From Bacilli bacterium (GTDB taxonomy: Bacteria; Bacillota_I; Bacilli_A; RFN20; CAG-826): a stretch of 64,000 nucleotides of DNA. A program made the translations under genes and the position numbers. The stretch spans positions 25 through 64,024 of the forward strand of contig JAXFZD010000008.1 in the NCBI GenBank assembly GCA_034185265.1, read 5' to 3'. The notes beneath the pieces are model-generated. The model had not been told where the DNA came from. It saw nothing but the letters and a program-made list of their open reading frames with translations, and did no database searches. This document shows, piece after piece, positions 30,216 through 39,212 of the stretch; positions within the stretch are counted from its first letter, which is position 1; each line of letters starts with the position of its first letter.

Positions 30216-32018
30216 TTATTTCCTCTTTTTATTTCTTCTTTTAGCAATGATTAATTGGGTTACTAATGTTTGAGTTATAGAGATAAGACCACCGATTAAC
30301 CAGTAGATTCCCATAGCAGATGGTAACATGAAGCCCATGACAATTGTGAAACCAATCATGATGATTGATACCCATTTCATTGTCTTTCCTTGAGAATTTT
30401 GAGCTGGATTCTTTGATAATTGAGGTACTTTCTTTTGTTGCGCTTTAGTAATCAATCTTGGGAGAATCATAGCGAAGATTTGTGTAGCAGCCATTAAAAT
30501 AAACAAGATTAAAGCTGTCCACCAACCATGCTCATTTCCAACCCAGTTTCCATTTGTATTAAATAAGATTTCTCTAATTGTATCAGATAATCTCATGTTA
30601 AGGAATGAGCCTGTAGATAAGGCTGCACTACCTTGTAAACCTGACCAGACGCAGATGAAGATCGGGAACTGAATAACCATCATTAAGATTTGACCTAATG
30701 GATTAATCTTATTCCTCTTATAAAGAGCCATTTGCTCTTGAGACATTCTCTGCTTTTCGGCCTGATTTGTATTGGAATTTGGATATTTCGCCTGGATTTT
30801 AGCGAGTTCTGGAGCCAAAGCTTGCATTTTTTGTTGATCCATTGTTTGCTTGAAAGTTAGTAAAATTAACAATCCTCTAACAATTAAAGTAACAAATACT
30901 AATGCCCAAATCTGGCCTAAACCACTTAATCCTGGGTCCATTGTTGAAGCAAACATATCTACCATCCAAGAGACAGGATAGACAAGTAAACCTTCTAGAG
31001 GTCCCTTACTATAGGCATAACCTAAGTCTTTCTTGGTAATATGAACTTCCCAGTCGCTAGCTAAGCCGTAATGTCCGAAATAGCCGTCAATTGTAGCAAT
31101 ACAAGACCTATTTGCTAAACTCTTTCCATTAACTGTGCTTCTATATTGAACAAAATAGTCACTATCATTATAAGTTGCGCCGTCGTGTTCAACATGAATT
31201 GCTTCAAGTTCGGTAGTAGAAATTGTTTTTACTCCACTACCAACATCATATTTAATAGTTCCATTTAATAATAAACTGTTAAATTGCTCATAGAATCTAA
31301 AATAATAGTTTTGATACCCGCTAAATTTAACGTAACCGTATTCCTTTAATAAAGAGAATCCGTTTTTTATTTGTTTGACGCCAGTTCCACCAATAGTATC
31401 GCTATCTAGATAAGGATTAATATATAAGATATTTCCTTGTGGATTTGTGTTATATGTTGGTTCATTTTCTATTGTTGGATCGTAAACAACAACGTTATTA
31501 GCAGCGTAATTAGTTAAAGTGTCTGTCCACTTAATGTCAGCAACAGAGGTATATGGTGTACCTGGGTTTGCTGCCATATATAAAGCTGACCTTAAAACAA
31601 AGTCATCGATTGCAGCAAAATATTTTACAGATGGAACTCTGTAACCATTTTTATAACATGCTGCGACAATGTTGTTAACTAAAGTAGCTTTTTTAGCTTT
31701 GTAGGTATAAACAGGATACCCACCATCATTATCAGCTACGGAATAAGGAATATATTTATAAATGCTTGTGTTACCTTTTAAAGCATATCCTGCGAGCCCT
31801 TCTGCTTCTTGTTCAGCAATAAATTCAGGATTTTGCGCTGCATAATCATTATATTCTGTCTCGGTACAGTAGATTGTAACACCTTGCTCATAAGGATAGG
31901 TCATCCTTGCAAAGTCTATATCTGAACAGAAGTTTTGTGTACAGCTGCTTAAAAGTAAGGCGGCACCTAAGCCAATTCCTAATCCGAAAATAAGTTTCTT
32001 AGAGTGTTTTATTTTCAA
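30216..32018 (-). CDS. yidC: Membrane protein insertase YidC/Oxa1 with lipobox and long extracytoplasmic domain
   Basis: Lipobox LLLSSC; C-terminal core (VTLIVRGLL, PELAKIQAKY, QEQMALYKRNKINP, QFPIF, YWLIG); between rnpA and jag. Confidence 0.93.
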   Translation of the reverse strand: MKIKHSKKLIFGLGIGLGAALLLSSCTQNFCSDIDFARMTYPYEQGVTIYCTETEYNDYAAQNPEFIAEQEAEGLAGYALKGNTSIYKYIPYSVADNDGGYPVYTYKAKKATLVNNIVAACYKNGYRVPSVKYFAAIDDFVLRSALYMAANPGTPYTSVADIKWTDTLTNYAANNVVVYDPTIENEPTYNTNPQGNILYINPYLDSDTIGGTGVKQIKNGFSLLKEYGYVKFSGYQNYYFRFYEQFNSLLLNGTIKYDVGSGVKTISTTELEAIHVEHDGATYNDSDYFVQYRSTVNGKSLANRSCIATIDGYFGHYGLASDWEVHITKKDLGYAYSKGPLEGLLVYPVSWMVDMFASTMDPGLSGLGQIWALVFVTLIVRGLLILLTFKQTMDQQKMQALAPELAKIQAKYPNSNTNQAEKQRMSQEQMALYKRNKINPLGQILMMVIQFPIFICVWSGLQGSAALSTGSFLNMRLSDTIREILFNTNGNWVGNEHGWWTALILFILMAATQIFAMILPRLITKAQQKKVPQLSKNPAQNSQGKTMKWVSIIMIGFTIVMGFMLPSAMGIYWLIGGLISITQTLVTQLIIAKRRNKKRK

Positions 32019-32350
32019 TTTAGTTCTTCCTTAATTTTATTTAATAATTCGTTAAGTTCTGTCTCATTTTTAGAAAATAATGTTGTATCGTAACTTGGTT
32101 TTACAACAATAATTAGGTCAATACCTAGCGAATAGTCATTTCTTTTTGCAATCATCGCTCTAATTTGTCTTTTAATTTTTACTCGCTGCACGGCCTTTCC
32201 ATTTTTCTTTCCTACAGCCACGCCAATTCGAGTATATCCATTTGTATTGGATCTATAGAATACTGCTAGAATAGATGATTTAAATTTCTTTCCAGTTGAA
32301 ATAATCTCGTTAAATTCTTCGTGTTTTTTAACTCGATTAACGACTTTCAT
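32015..32350 (-). CDS. rnpA: Ribonuclease P protein component
   Basis: RVKKHEEF, RIGVAVGKK..KAVQRVKIKRQIR (RNR-like motif). Confidence 0.92.
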   Translation of the reverse strand: MKVVNRVKKHEEFNEIISTGKKFKSSILAVFYRSNTNGYTRIGVAVGKKNGKAVQRVKIKRQIRAMIAKRNDYSLGIDLIIVVKPSYDTTLFSKNETELNELLNKIKEELN

Positions 32351-32354
32351 TTGA

Positions 32355-32489
32355 TTAAGCAGCTAATTTGGCTCTTCCTTTAGCTCTTCTTCTGGCTAAG
32401 ACTTTACGTCCTCCAGGTGTTGCCATTCTGGCACGGAAACCAGCCATGTTGCTGTGTTTTCTTTTTGATGGTTGATAAGTTTTTTTCAT
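32355..32489 (-). CDS. rpmH: 50S ribosomal protein L34
   Basis: [39 protein letters not shown]; start ATG 32489. Confidence 0.98.
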   Translation of the reverse strand: MKKTYQPSKRKHSNMAGFRARMATPGGRKVLARRRAKGRAKLAA

Positions 32490-32526
32490 ATCGGTCAATT
32501 CTCTCTTTCTGCAAAAATGCTGTGAT

Positions 32527-32555
32527 ATTATAAATATCAACCGTCATTAAATCAA
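32527..32555 (-). promoter_or_regulatory. Sigma-A-type promoter of the rpmH operon
   Basis: TTGATT-17 nt-TATAAT on the minus strand. Confidence 0.65.
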
Positions 32556-32869
32556 TTACATTCGTTCAAATCTATCTTTTTAAAAGATAAACAATAATAA
32601 TGGTTCCTTGTTAAAAATGGAAAAATCGTCAAATCGGAGAGCATGAAAAATATAAATGTTTTCTAATAGATGAAATAAAACATAACAAATGTAGCAACTA
32701 ATAGTTGTTAAAAAATGTAAAATCCTGCGAATTATCAACTTTTTGTTCAATAACTATTTTAAACTTTAAATAGTAAAATTTACGAATGTTTTGACCTTTT
32801 TGGTTATTCTTTACTGTTATCTAATTTACTATTGGCACTATTCACTGTTAATAAACTTTTAAATTGGTA

Positions 32870-33083
32870 TGTGGAAAAAACCATCTAATATTTCAAGTAT
32901 TTACATTTTCCTTCGATTAACACTATCATTTTAAATAAACAATCTATGTGGAGAACTATGTGGATTATTAACTAATAAAATATTTATAATTTAACTATTC
33001 ACAGCCTAAAATTGTTGCTATTGTGGAAAACTTCAGAAATTTAAACAAAAAATAGGTCAAAAAATAATCTAAATTGTGAATAA
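32870..33083. other. oriC part 1: DnaA-box cluster upstream of dnaA
   Basis: TGTGGAAAA (32870, 33022), TGTGGAGAA (32947), TGTGGATTA (32959), CTATTCACA (32995), TGTGAATAA (33075), all near matches to TTATCCACA; gene strand bias switches here. Confidence 0.85.
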
Positions 33084-33140
33084 ATAAAAATCTTTTTTCT
33101 TTTTGTTTTATTTTAATAAATAAAATAGGATAATAAGCCC

Positions 33141-34514
33141 ATGGAAATTAAGACTATCTCAGAAATAACAAGAATTTGGGGCCGCACTTTAGAAGAAATT
33201 AAATCTTCTTTAAATGATGAACTCTCTTTTGGCACATTTTTTGCTGATTCTTACGCTGATTCTTTATCAGGTAGCACATTTATTGTTTATGTTAATTCAT
33301 CTTTGACAAAGAATTTAATCAATAATAAATATAAAGATATAGTAGAAAACGCCTTAAGAAAGGTTACCCAAACCAATTTTGATGTTAAATTTATATGTGA
33401 TGAAGACCTTGAAGACGAAATTGCTTCTAATAAAGATGAAGTCGTAAACACCGATCCAGTTTTCTTCAAAGATGCTCGATTAAATCCTAACTTTACCTTT
33501 GAAAACTTTGTCGTAGGTCCCTCAAATAAATTTGCCTATCAAGGTGCATTAATGTGTGCTAGAACACCAGGACAAATATATTCACCTTTATTAATTTATT
33601 CCCATTCAGGCTTAGGAAAAACTCACTTACTCAACGCTATGGGCAATGCAATGATATCTTTAAACCCAAAAATGAAGGTTTTATACATCTCTGGTGATGA
33701 TTTTGTTGAAGAATTTGTCCGTTTAGTAACAACTCATATGGATCAATCCCTAGTTTCTTTCTTTAAAACTAGCGTAGATTGCTTACTTATTGACGATATT
33801 CAATTCCTTACTGGAAGAGAACAAACAATGGAGAATTTCTTCAATGTATTCGAAACTTTATTTAAACAAGGTAAGCAAATTGTAATCACTTCAGACCAAC
33901 CTCCAGAGAGATTAAATGCACTAGATGAAAGACTTAGAACTAGATTCTCTTCAGGACTAGTTTTAGAGATTAAACAGCCAGATATTTCTACTTCTGAAGA
34001 AATCCTTAAGACAAAAATAGAAGCTAATAATTTATCAGTTTCTACTTTTGATCCAGAAGTAATTTCTTACTTAGCATCGAAGTTTTCTAGCAATGTAAGA
34101 GAATTAGAAGGAGCTTTAAATAGACTTATCTTCTATTCAATCACAATGAAAGAATCTTCATACATCACCTTAGAATTAGCTAAAGAATCTTTAGAAGGAT
34201 TAATTGTTTCTAAAGAATCAGTTAAAACAATAAACGAAGATAAAATTATCTCGATTGTAGCTGATTATTACAACCTAACTCCATCTCAACTAAAAGGTAA
34301 AATTAGAACTAGTCAGATCGCTCTAGCTAGACACATTGCAATGTATCTAATTTATTCTTTAATGAATGTTTCAACTATAAAAATAGGTAAAATATTCGGA
34401 GGAAAAGATCATTCTTCAGTTCTCTCAGCTATTAAAAAGATAGAAAAAGGAATTAAAGAAGATCCAGCTATGAAAGAAGTGATTGATGAATTAACCACAC
34501 TCATCAAAAAATAA
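33141..34514 (+). CDS. dnaA: Chromosomal replication initiator DnaA
   Basis: NPNFTFENFVVGPSN, GLGKTHLL, LLIDDIQFL, NVRELEGAL, ARHIAMYL, FGGKDHSSV. Confidence 0.98.
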   Translation: MEIKTISEITRIWGRTLEEIKSSLNDELSFGTFFADSYADSLSGSTFIVYVNSSLTKNLINNKYKDIVENALRKVTQTNFDVKFICDEDLEDEIASNKDEVVNTDPVFFKDARLNPNFTFENFVVGPSNKFAYQGALMCARTPGQIYSPLLIYSHSGLGKTHLLNAMGNAMISLNPKMKVLYISGDDFVEEFVRLVTTHMDQSLVSFFKTSVDCLLIDDIQFLTGREQTMENFFNVFETLFKQGKQIVITSDQPPERLNALDERLRTRFSSGLVLEIKQPDISTSEEILKTKIEANNLSVSTFDPEVISYLASKFSSNVRELEGALNRLIFYSITMKESSYITLELAKESLEGLIVSKESVKTINEDKIISIVADYYNLTPSQLKGKIRTSQIALARHIAMYLIYSLMNVSTIKIGKIFGGKDHSSVLSAIKKIEKGIKEDPAMKEVIDELTTLIKK

Positions 34515-34610
34515 CCACAATTTATCCACAACTAAAAATTCCTAAATAATTACGAACATATCTACTAAATTAGGAATTTATACAACAATCTACATGACTT
34601 ATTATTATTA
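34511..34610. other. oriC part 2: dnaA-dnaN intergenic DnaA box and probable unwinding element
   Basis: Perfect TTATCCACA at 34522-34530, ATAACCACA at 34511, inverted repeat AATTCCTAA/TTAGGAATT, (TTA)x4 run at 34599-34610 resembling DnaA-trios. Confidence 0.7.
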
Positions 34611-34643
34611 ATATTTTCTAAAAAATTTAAGGAGTATCTATAT

Positions 34644-35765
34644 ATGAGATTAACGATTAAAAAAGAAGCTATCTTAAAAGCTCTTCAAATTACTTCTAGA
34701 GCTATTGATGCTAAATCAGTAAATCCAGCTTTAGCTACAACTAAATTAGAATTAAATGAAAAAGGATTAGAAGTAACTGGATCTAACGGATATATAGTTA
34801 TCAAAGACACAGTTCCTTATAAAGAAGATAATCTAGATTTAATTAGAAATTCTAACATTGGTGAAATCTTAATTGATGGAAGATTATTCTTTGAAGCTAT
34901 AAGAAGAATGGAAGGGGAAGAGATTTCTTTAGAAGTAGTAGATGAAATATTCTGTGTAGTTAAAGATGAAAGATCTAATTTCCGTTTGCCTTGTTTAAAT
35001 GCTGCAGAATATCCTGATTTAAATCTTGAACCAAGCGATTTAGTTTTTTCTATTGGATGTAAAGAATTAACAAATTTAGTTGAATCCACAGCTTATGCTG
35101 CATCTAATAAGGATTCTAGACCTGTTCTTACCTGTGTTAATCTAGATGCAGAAAACGGAATTTTAACTGCTACAGCAACTGACTCCGCTAGATTAGCTAA
35201 AAAGAGTATCGAAATAGAGGAAAACGTTACATTTAAGAAAAATATTCCTGCAAAAACTTTATTAGATATCGTCCATTTATTTGAAAATGAAAAAGAAGTT
35301 AAAGTTTCTTTAACTACTAATAAAGCTCTTTTCTTCTTTGGAAATATCGTCTATTCAACTAGATTAATTACTGATGATTATCCAGTAACAAGATCGATTA
35401 TTCCTTCAGTTTTTAACTATTTCCTAGAAGTTAACGCTAACGAATTATTAGCTTGTTTAGATAGAGCTTCTGTTTTAGCTTTAGAAAGAGATAATCCAAC
35501 TAAACTTATTATGGATGAAGATAATGTAGAATTATTCGCACATAATGATGCAAATTCTGTAGTAAATGAGAACATTCAAACCTTCTCTTATAAAGGCGGA
35601 AGACTTGAAATTTCCTTCAATCCAAATTTTGTCATTGATGCCCTTAAAAATTTAAAGGCAGAAGATGTCGTAATTTGCTTCCAATCTGAGATGAAGCCAT
35701 TTGTTGTCAAGAATCCTAAAGAATCGTCTACAATCTATCTTATAACCCCAATGAGGACACGTTAA
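34644..35765 (+). CDS. dnaN: DNA polymerase III beta sliding clamp
   Basis: SRPVLTCVN, ATATDSARLA, RLITDDYP, ISFNPNFVIDAL, LITPMR. Confidence 0.96.
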   Translation: MRLTIKKEAILKALQITSRAIDAKSVNPALATTKLELNEKGLEVTGSNGYIVIKDTVPYKEDNLDLIRNSNIGEILIDGRLFFEAIRRMEGEEISLEVVDEIFCVVKDERSNFRLPCLNAAEYPDLNLEPSDLVFSIGCKELTNLVESTAYAASNKDSRPVLTCVNLDAENGILTATATDSARLAKKSIEIEENVTFKKNIPAKTLLDIVHLFENEKEVKVSLTTNKALFFFGNIVYSTRLITDDYPVTRSIIPSVFNYFLEVNANELLACLDRASVLALERDNPTKLIMDEDNVELFAHNDANSVVNENIQTFSYKGGRLEISFNPNFVIDALKNLKAEDVVICFQSEMKPFVVKNPKESSTIYLITPMRTR

Positions 35766-35786
35766 AAATTAACGGTAAATTATTTT

Positions 35787-35817
35787 AAAAAGTGGTAAAA
35801 AATAATTACCACTTTTT
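35787..35817 (+). terminator. Intrinsic terminator after dnaN
   Basis: AAAAAGTGGTAA / TTACCACTTTTT perfect stem. Confidence 0.75.
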
Positions 35818-35864
35818 TACTACTTAGTAGTAAAATATATCCAGCGATTTAAACAAGATTTTTT

Positions 35865-36089
35865 ATGAATGGCAAAATTAAGGAAGAAATTATTCAAATT
35901 AGACCTCCATACATTACGTTAGGCCAATTTCTTAAATTTGTTTCCATAATCGATGAAGGTTATGAAGCAAAGAATTATTTAGCTACTCATAGAGTATTGA
36001 TTAATGGCGAAGAAGATTCTCGTAGAGGAAGAAAAATCTATGCTTCTGATATTGTAGAAGTTCAGGGTCGTAAATTTATAATCGAATGA
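35865..36089 (+). CDS. yaaA: S4-domain RNA-binding protein YaaA
   Basis: YITLGQFLK...G.EAK..L....V.INGE...RRGRKI; between dnaN and recF. Confidence 0.92.
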   Translation: MNGKIKEEIIQIRPPYITLGQFLKFVSIIDEGYEAKNYLATHRVLINGEEDSRRGRKIYASDIVEVQGRKFIIE

Positions 36090-37165
36090 AAGTAAATCGC
36101 ATAGTTCTTAAAGATTTTAGAGGTTATTCAAGTCTTGATGTCTCTTTTTCTCCTAAAGTTAATTTTATTTATGGAGATAACGGGCAGGGGAAAACGAACC
36201 TTATTGAGGCAATTTATTATCTAAATTTGGCAAGGTCTTATAGATGCAAGGAGAACACTAATTTAATTAAAGAAGGTGCTTCTATAGCTAAAATCGAGGC
36301 CTTTGTTGAATCAAAGGAAATAGAAAAGAAAATTGATATCGAGATTGATGAAGCTTCTAGAAAAATCTTTGTAAATGAGAATCAGGTAAGAAAACTTAGT
36401 GAATTTTCTTCTTATCTAAACATCATTCTTTTTGTTCCTAATGATGTGAATCTATTCTATTCTTCTCCCTCAACTAGAAGAGATTTTCTAGATATGTCTT
36501 TAGGGAAAAGTAATCCTAGATATATTCGTATTCTTAGTGAATATAAAGAATATTTAAAGCAAAGGAATTTGTTATTAAAAGAAGAAAATTTAGACTTATC
36601 CTTACTTGACGTCTATGATGAAAATCTTATCTCTTTAGGAAAGCAGATTGATGAGCATAGAATTGCATATATTGAGAAAATCAACGGGGTTTTACCGGAA
36701 ATTTGTCAAAAATTACGCAAAGATAACTCATCTATGTTTATTGAATATAAGCCTTTATTCTTAGACAAAAGTCATGATGAATTAAAGCTTAAATTCATTA
36801 ATTCTAGAGAGTACGATTTACTTCATAAACAAACAAGTTTAGGGGTTCAAAAAGAAGATTTTAAAATGATCTTCAATGGAAAAGATATCTCGATATTTGG
36901 TTCTCAAGGTGAAAACCGCTTGGCTGCGTTAACTTTAAAACTTACTCCATATTTCTTAATTGAAGATGAAGAAGAAAAACCAATTGTAATTCTTGATGAT
37001 ATAAGTTCTGAACTTGATAAGAATCATCAAGAGAATTTATTTAAGTTATTTAGTGAATTAAGCCAAGTATTTATAACAAGTGTGCATAAAGAAGAATGCC
37101 CACAAGCTTTATATTTAAAAGTTTGTTCTCATAAATTAGTTTCGGAGGAAAAGACGAATGAGTGA
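36086..37165 (+). CDS. recF: DNA replication and repair protein RecF
   Basis: GDNGQGKTN, RRDFLD, GSQGENR, ILDDISSELD. Confidence 0.95.
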   Translation: MKVNRIVLKDFRGYSSLDVSFSPKVNFIYGDNGQGKTNLIEAIYYLNLARSYRCKENTNLIKEGASIAKIEAFVESKEIEKKIDIEIDEASRKIFVNENQVRKLSEFSSYLNIILFVPNDVNLFYSSPSTRRDFLDMSLGKSNPRYIRILSEYKEYLKQRNLLLKEENLDLSLLDVYDENLISLGKQIDEHRIAYIEKINGVLPEICQKLRKDNSSMFIEYKPLFLDKSHDELKLKFINSREYDLLHKQTSLGVQKEDFKMIFNGKDISIFGSQGENRLAALTLKLTPYFLIEDEEEKPIVILDDISSELDKNHQENLFKLFSELSQVFITSVHKEECPQALYLKVCSHKLVSEEKTNE

Positions 37166-39197
37166 TGAAAATGAAAAAAAGGATCTAGGCTCTGATTTAG
37201 ATAAATTTTCATTTCAAAAAGAAGATGTATCTAATGAAAAAGAACTAGAAAGAGCAAAAGAAGACTATGGCGCTAAAGACTTACAAGTTCTTGAAGGTCT
37301 TGAAGCTGTTAGAAAAAGACCAGGTATGTATATTGCAACTACTGCAGAACCTGGTTTACATCATTTAGTATGGGAAATTGTTGATAACTCTATCGACGAA
37401 GCTTTAGCTGGCTATTGCAAAAATATCGAAGTAATAATCAATAAAGGTGACTCTATTACAGTTAAAGATGATGGTAGAGGTGTTCCTGTTGATATTGTTG
37501 AAAAGTCAGGAAAATCTGGTGTAGAAACTGTATTTACTATTCTTCATGCTGGCGGAAAATTCGGCGGTGATGGCGGATATAAAGTTGCTGGTGGTCTCCA
37601 CGGTGTTGGTGCATCAGTAGTTAATGCTCTTTCCTCTTGGATGGAAGTTAATGTAAAACGTGACGGTGGAGAATATCACATTCGTTTTGAAAACGGCGGA
37701 CATCCTGTCACCAAATTAGAAAGATTAGGTGATTCTTCTGAAAGAGGAACAACTGTTACTTTCCAACCAGATCCAACTATTTTTACCGAAACTACAATTT
37801 TCAAATTCGAAACAATTAGAAATCACTTACGTCAAATGGCTTTCCTTAATGGAGGAATTTCTATCACTTTAATTGACGATAGAGGAGAGGCTCCAGTTAA
37901 AGAAACATTCCTTTATAACGGAGGTATTAGAGAATACGTTACATATATCGATTCGAACAAAATCTCTGTAAATCCCCAACCAATTTACTGTCAAGGTGCT
38001 GAATTAGTCACTCTTCCTGACGGAGAAACTACTCAAAGAATTTATGGGGAAATCGCTCTTCAATGGACAGATTCCTATGATTCAAATGGAGTTTATTCTT
38101 TCTGTAATAACATCTCTACTAAAGAAGGCGGAACTCACGTTGAAGGATTAAATCTTGCGCTTAATAGAATAATTAATGACTACGCAAGAAAATTCAAATT
38201 ACTAAAAGAAGATGAAAAGAACTTCACTACAGATGACTGTAAAGAAGGTTTAACTTGTGTTATTTCTGTTAAACACCCAGATCCTCAATATGAAGGACAA
38301 ACTAAAACTAAATTAGGAAACTCTGAAGTTAGAAAAATTGTCTCTTCTATTGTTGGAGAAGGACTTTCCCAATGGTTATTAGAAAATCCAGATGAAGCTA
38401 AAAATATCATCGAAAAGATTAGATTGGCATCTAAAGCTAGAGACGCAGCTAGAATTGCTAGAGAAAAAATTAGAAAATCCAGCTTAGAAATAACGACTTT
38501 ACCAGGTAAATTAGCTGATTGTTCTTCTAAAGATCCTGAAGTTTGTGAATTATTCATTGTTGAGGGTAATTCCGCAGGTGGAAGTGCAAAAGCTGGTAGG
38601 GATAGAGAAACTCAAGCAATCTTACCTTTAAGAGGAAAGATTCTTAACGTTGAAAAAGCTAGGGAAGATAGAGTTTGGGCTAATGCTGAAATTGGAAACA
38701 TGATTACAGCTATTGGAGCTGGAGTTAGAGAAAATTTCGATGTTACCAAGATTAGATATCACAAAATTATCATCATGACCGATGCTGATGTTGATGGCGA
38801 TCACATTAGAATCTTACTTTTAACATTCTTCTATAGATTTATGAGACCTTTATTAGATGGAGGATATGTTTATATCGCGCAACCTCCTCTATATAAGATT
38901 GATTATAAAGGAAGCCCATATTACGCATATAACGATGCTCAACTTGAAGTTTTAAAGAAAGAACTTAACCTCAAACCCGGCTATCCGTTCCAAAGATATA
39001 AAGGATTAGGTGAAATGGACTTCAGTCAACTTTGGGAAACAACTATGGATCCTAAAGCAAGAAAAATGATCAGAATTACCGTTGAAGATGCTTCTGAAGC
39101 AGAAAAAGCTTTCACTGATTTAATGGGTGATTTAGTTGAGCCAAGAAGAAAATACATCGCTGAAAATGCGAAATTTGTTAAGAATTTAGATATTTAA
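37158..39197 (+). CDS. gyrB: DNA gyrase subunit B
   Basis: GLEAVRKRPGMYI, EIVDNSIDEA, GLHGVGASVVNALS, EGNSAGG, PLRGKILNV, MTDADVDG, QRYKGLGEM. Confidence 0.98.
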   Translation: MSDENEKKDLGSDLDKFSFQKEDVSNEKELERAKEDYGAKDLQVLEGLEAVRKRPGMYIATTAEPGLHHLVWEIVDNSIDEALAGYCKNIEVIINKGDSITVKDDGRGVPVDIVEKSGKSGVETVFTILHAGGKFGGDGGYKVAGGLHGVGASVVNALSSWMEVNVKRDGGEYHIRFENGGHPVTKLERLGDSSERGTTVTFQPDPTIFTETTIFKFETIRNHLRQMAFLNGGISITLIDDRGEAPVKETFLYNGGIREYVTYIDSNKISVNPQPIYCQGAELVTLPDGETTQRIYGEIALQWTDSYDSNGVYSFCNNISTKEGGTHVEGLNLALNRIINDYARKFKLLKEDEKNFTTDDCKEGLTCVISVKHPDPQYEGQTKTKLGNSEVRKIVSSIVGEGLSQWLLENPDEAKNIIEKIRLASKARDAARIAREKIRKSSLEITTLPGKLADCSSKDPEVCELFIVEGNSAGGSAKAGRDRETQAILPLRGKILNVEKAREDRVWANAEIGNMITAIGAGVRENFDVTKIRYHKIIIMTDADVDGDHIRILLLTFFYRFMRPLLDGGYVYIAQPPLYKIDYKGSPYYAYNDAQLEVLKKELNLKPGYPFQRYKGLGEMDFSQLWETTMDPKARKMIRITVEDASEAEKAFTDLMGDLVEPRRKYIAENAKFVKNLDI

Positions 39198-39212
39198 TAG
39201 GAGGAAAAGACA

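Noticed and set aside
32560-32860. Possible small ORF or ncRNA in the rpmH-dnaA spacer
   Set aside because: Very AT-rich, with no ORF carrying an SD and no stable stem; consistent with origin and promoter DNA.
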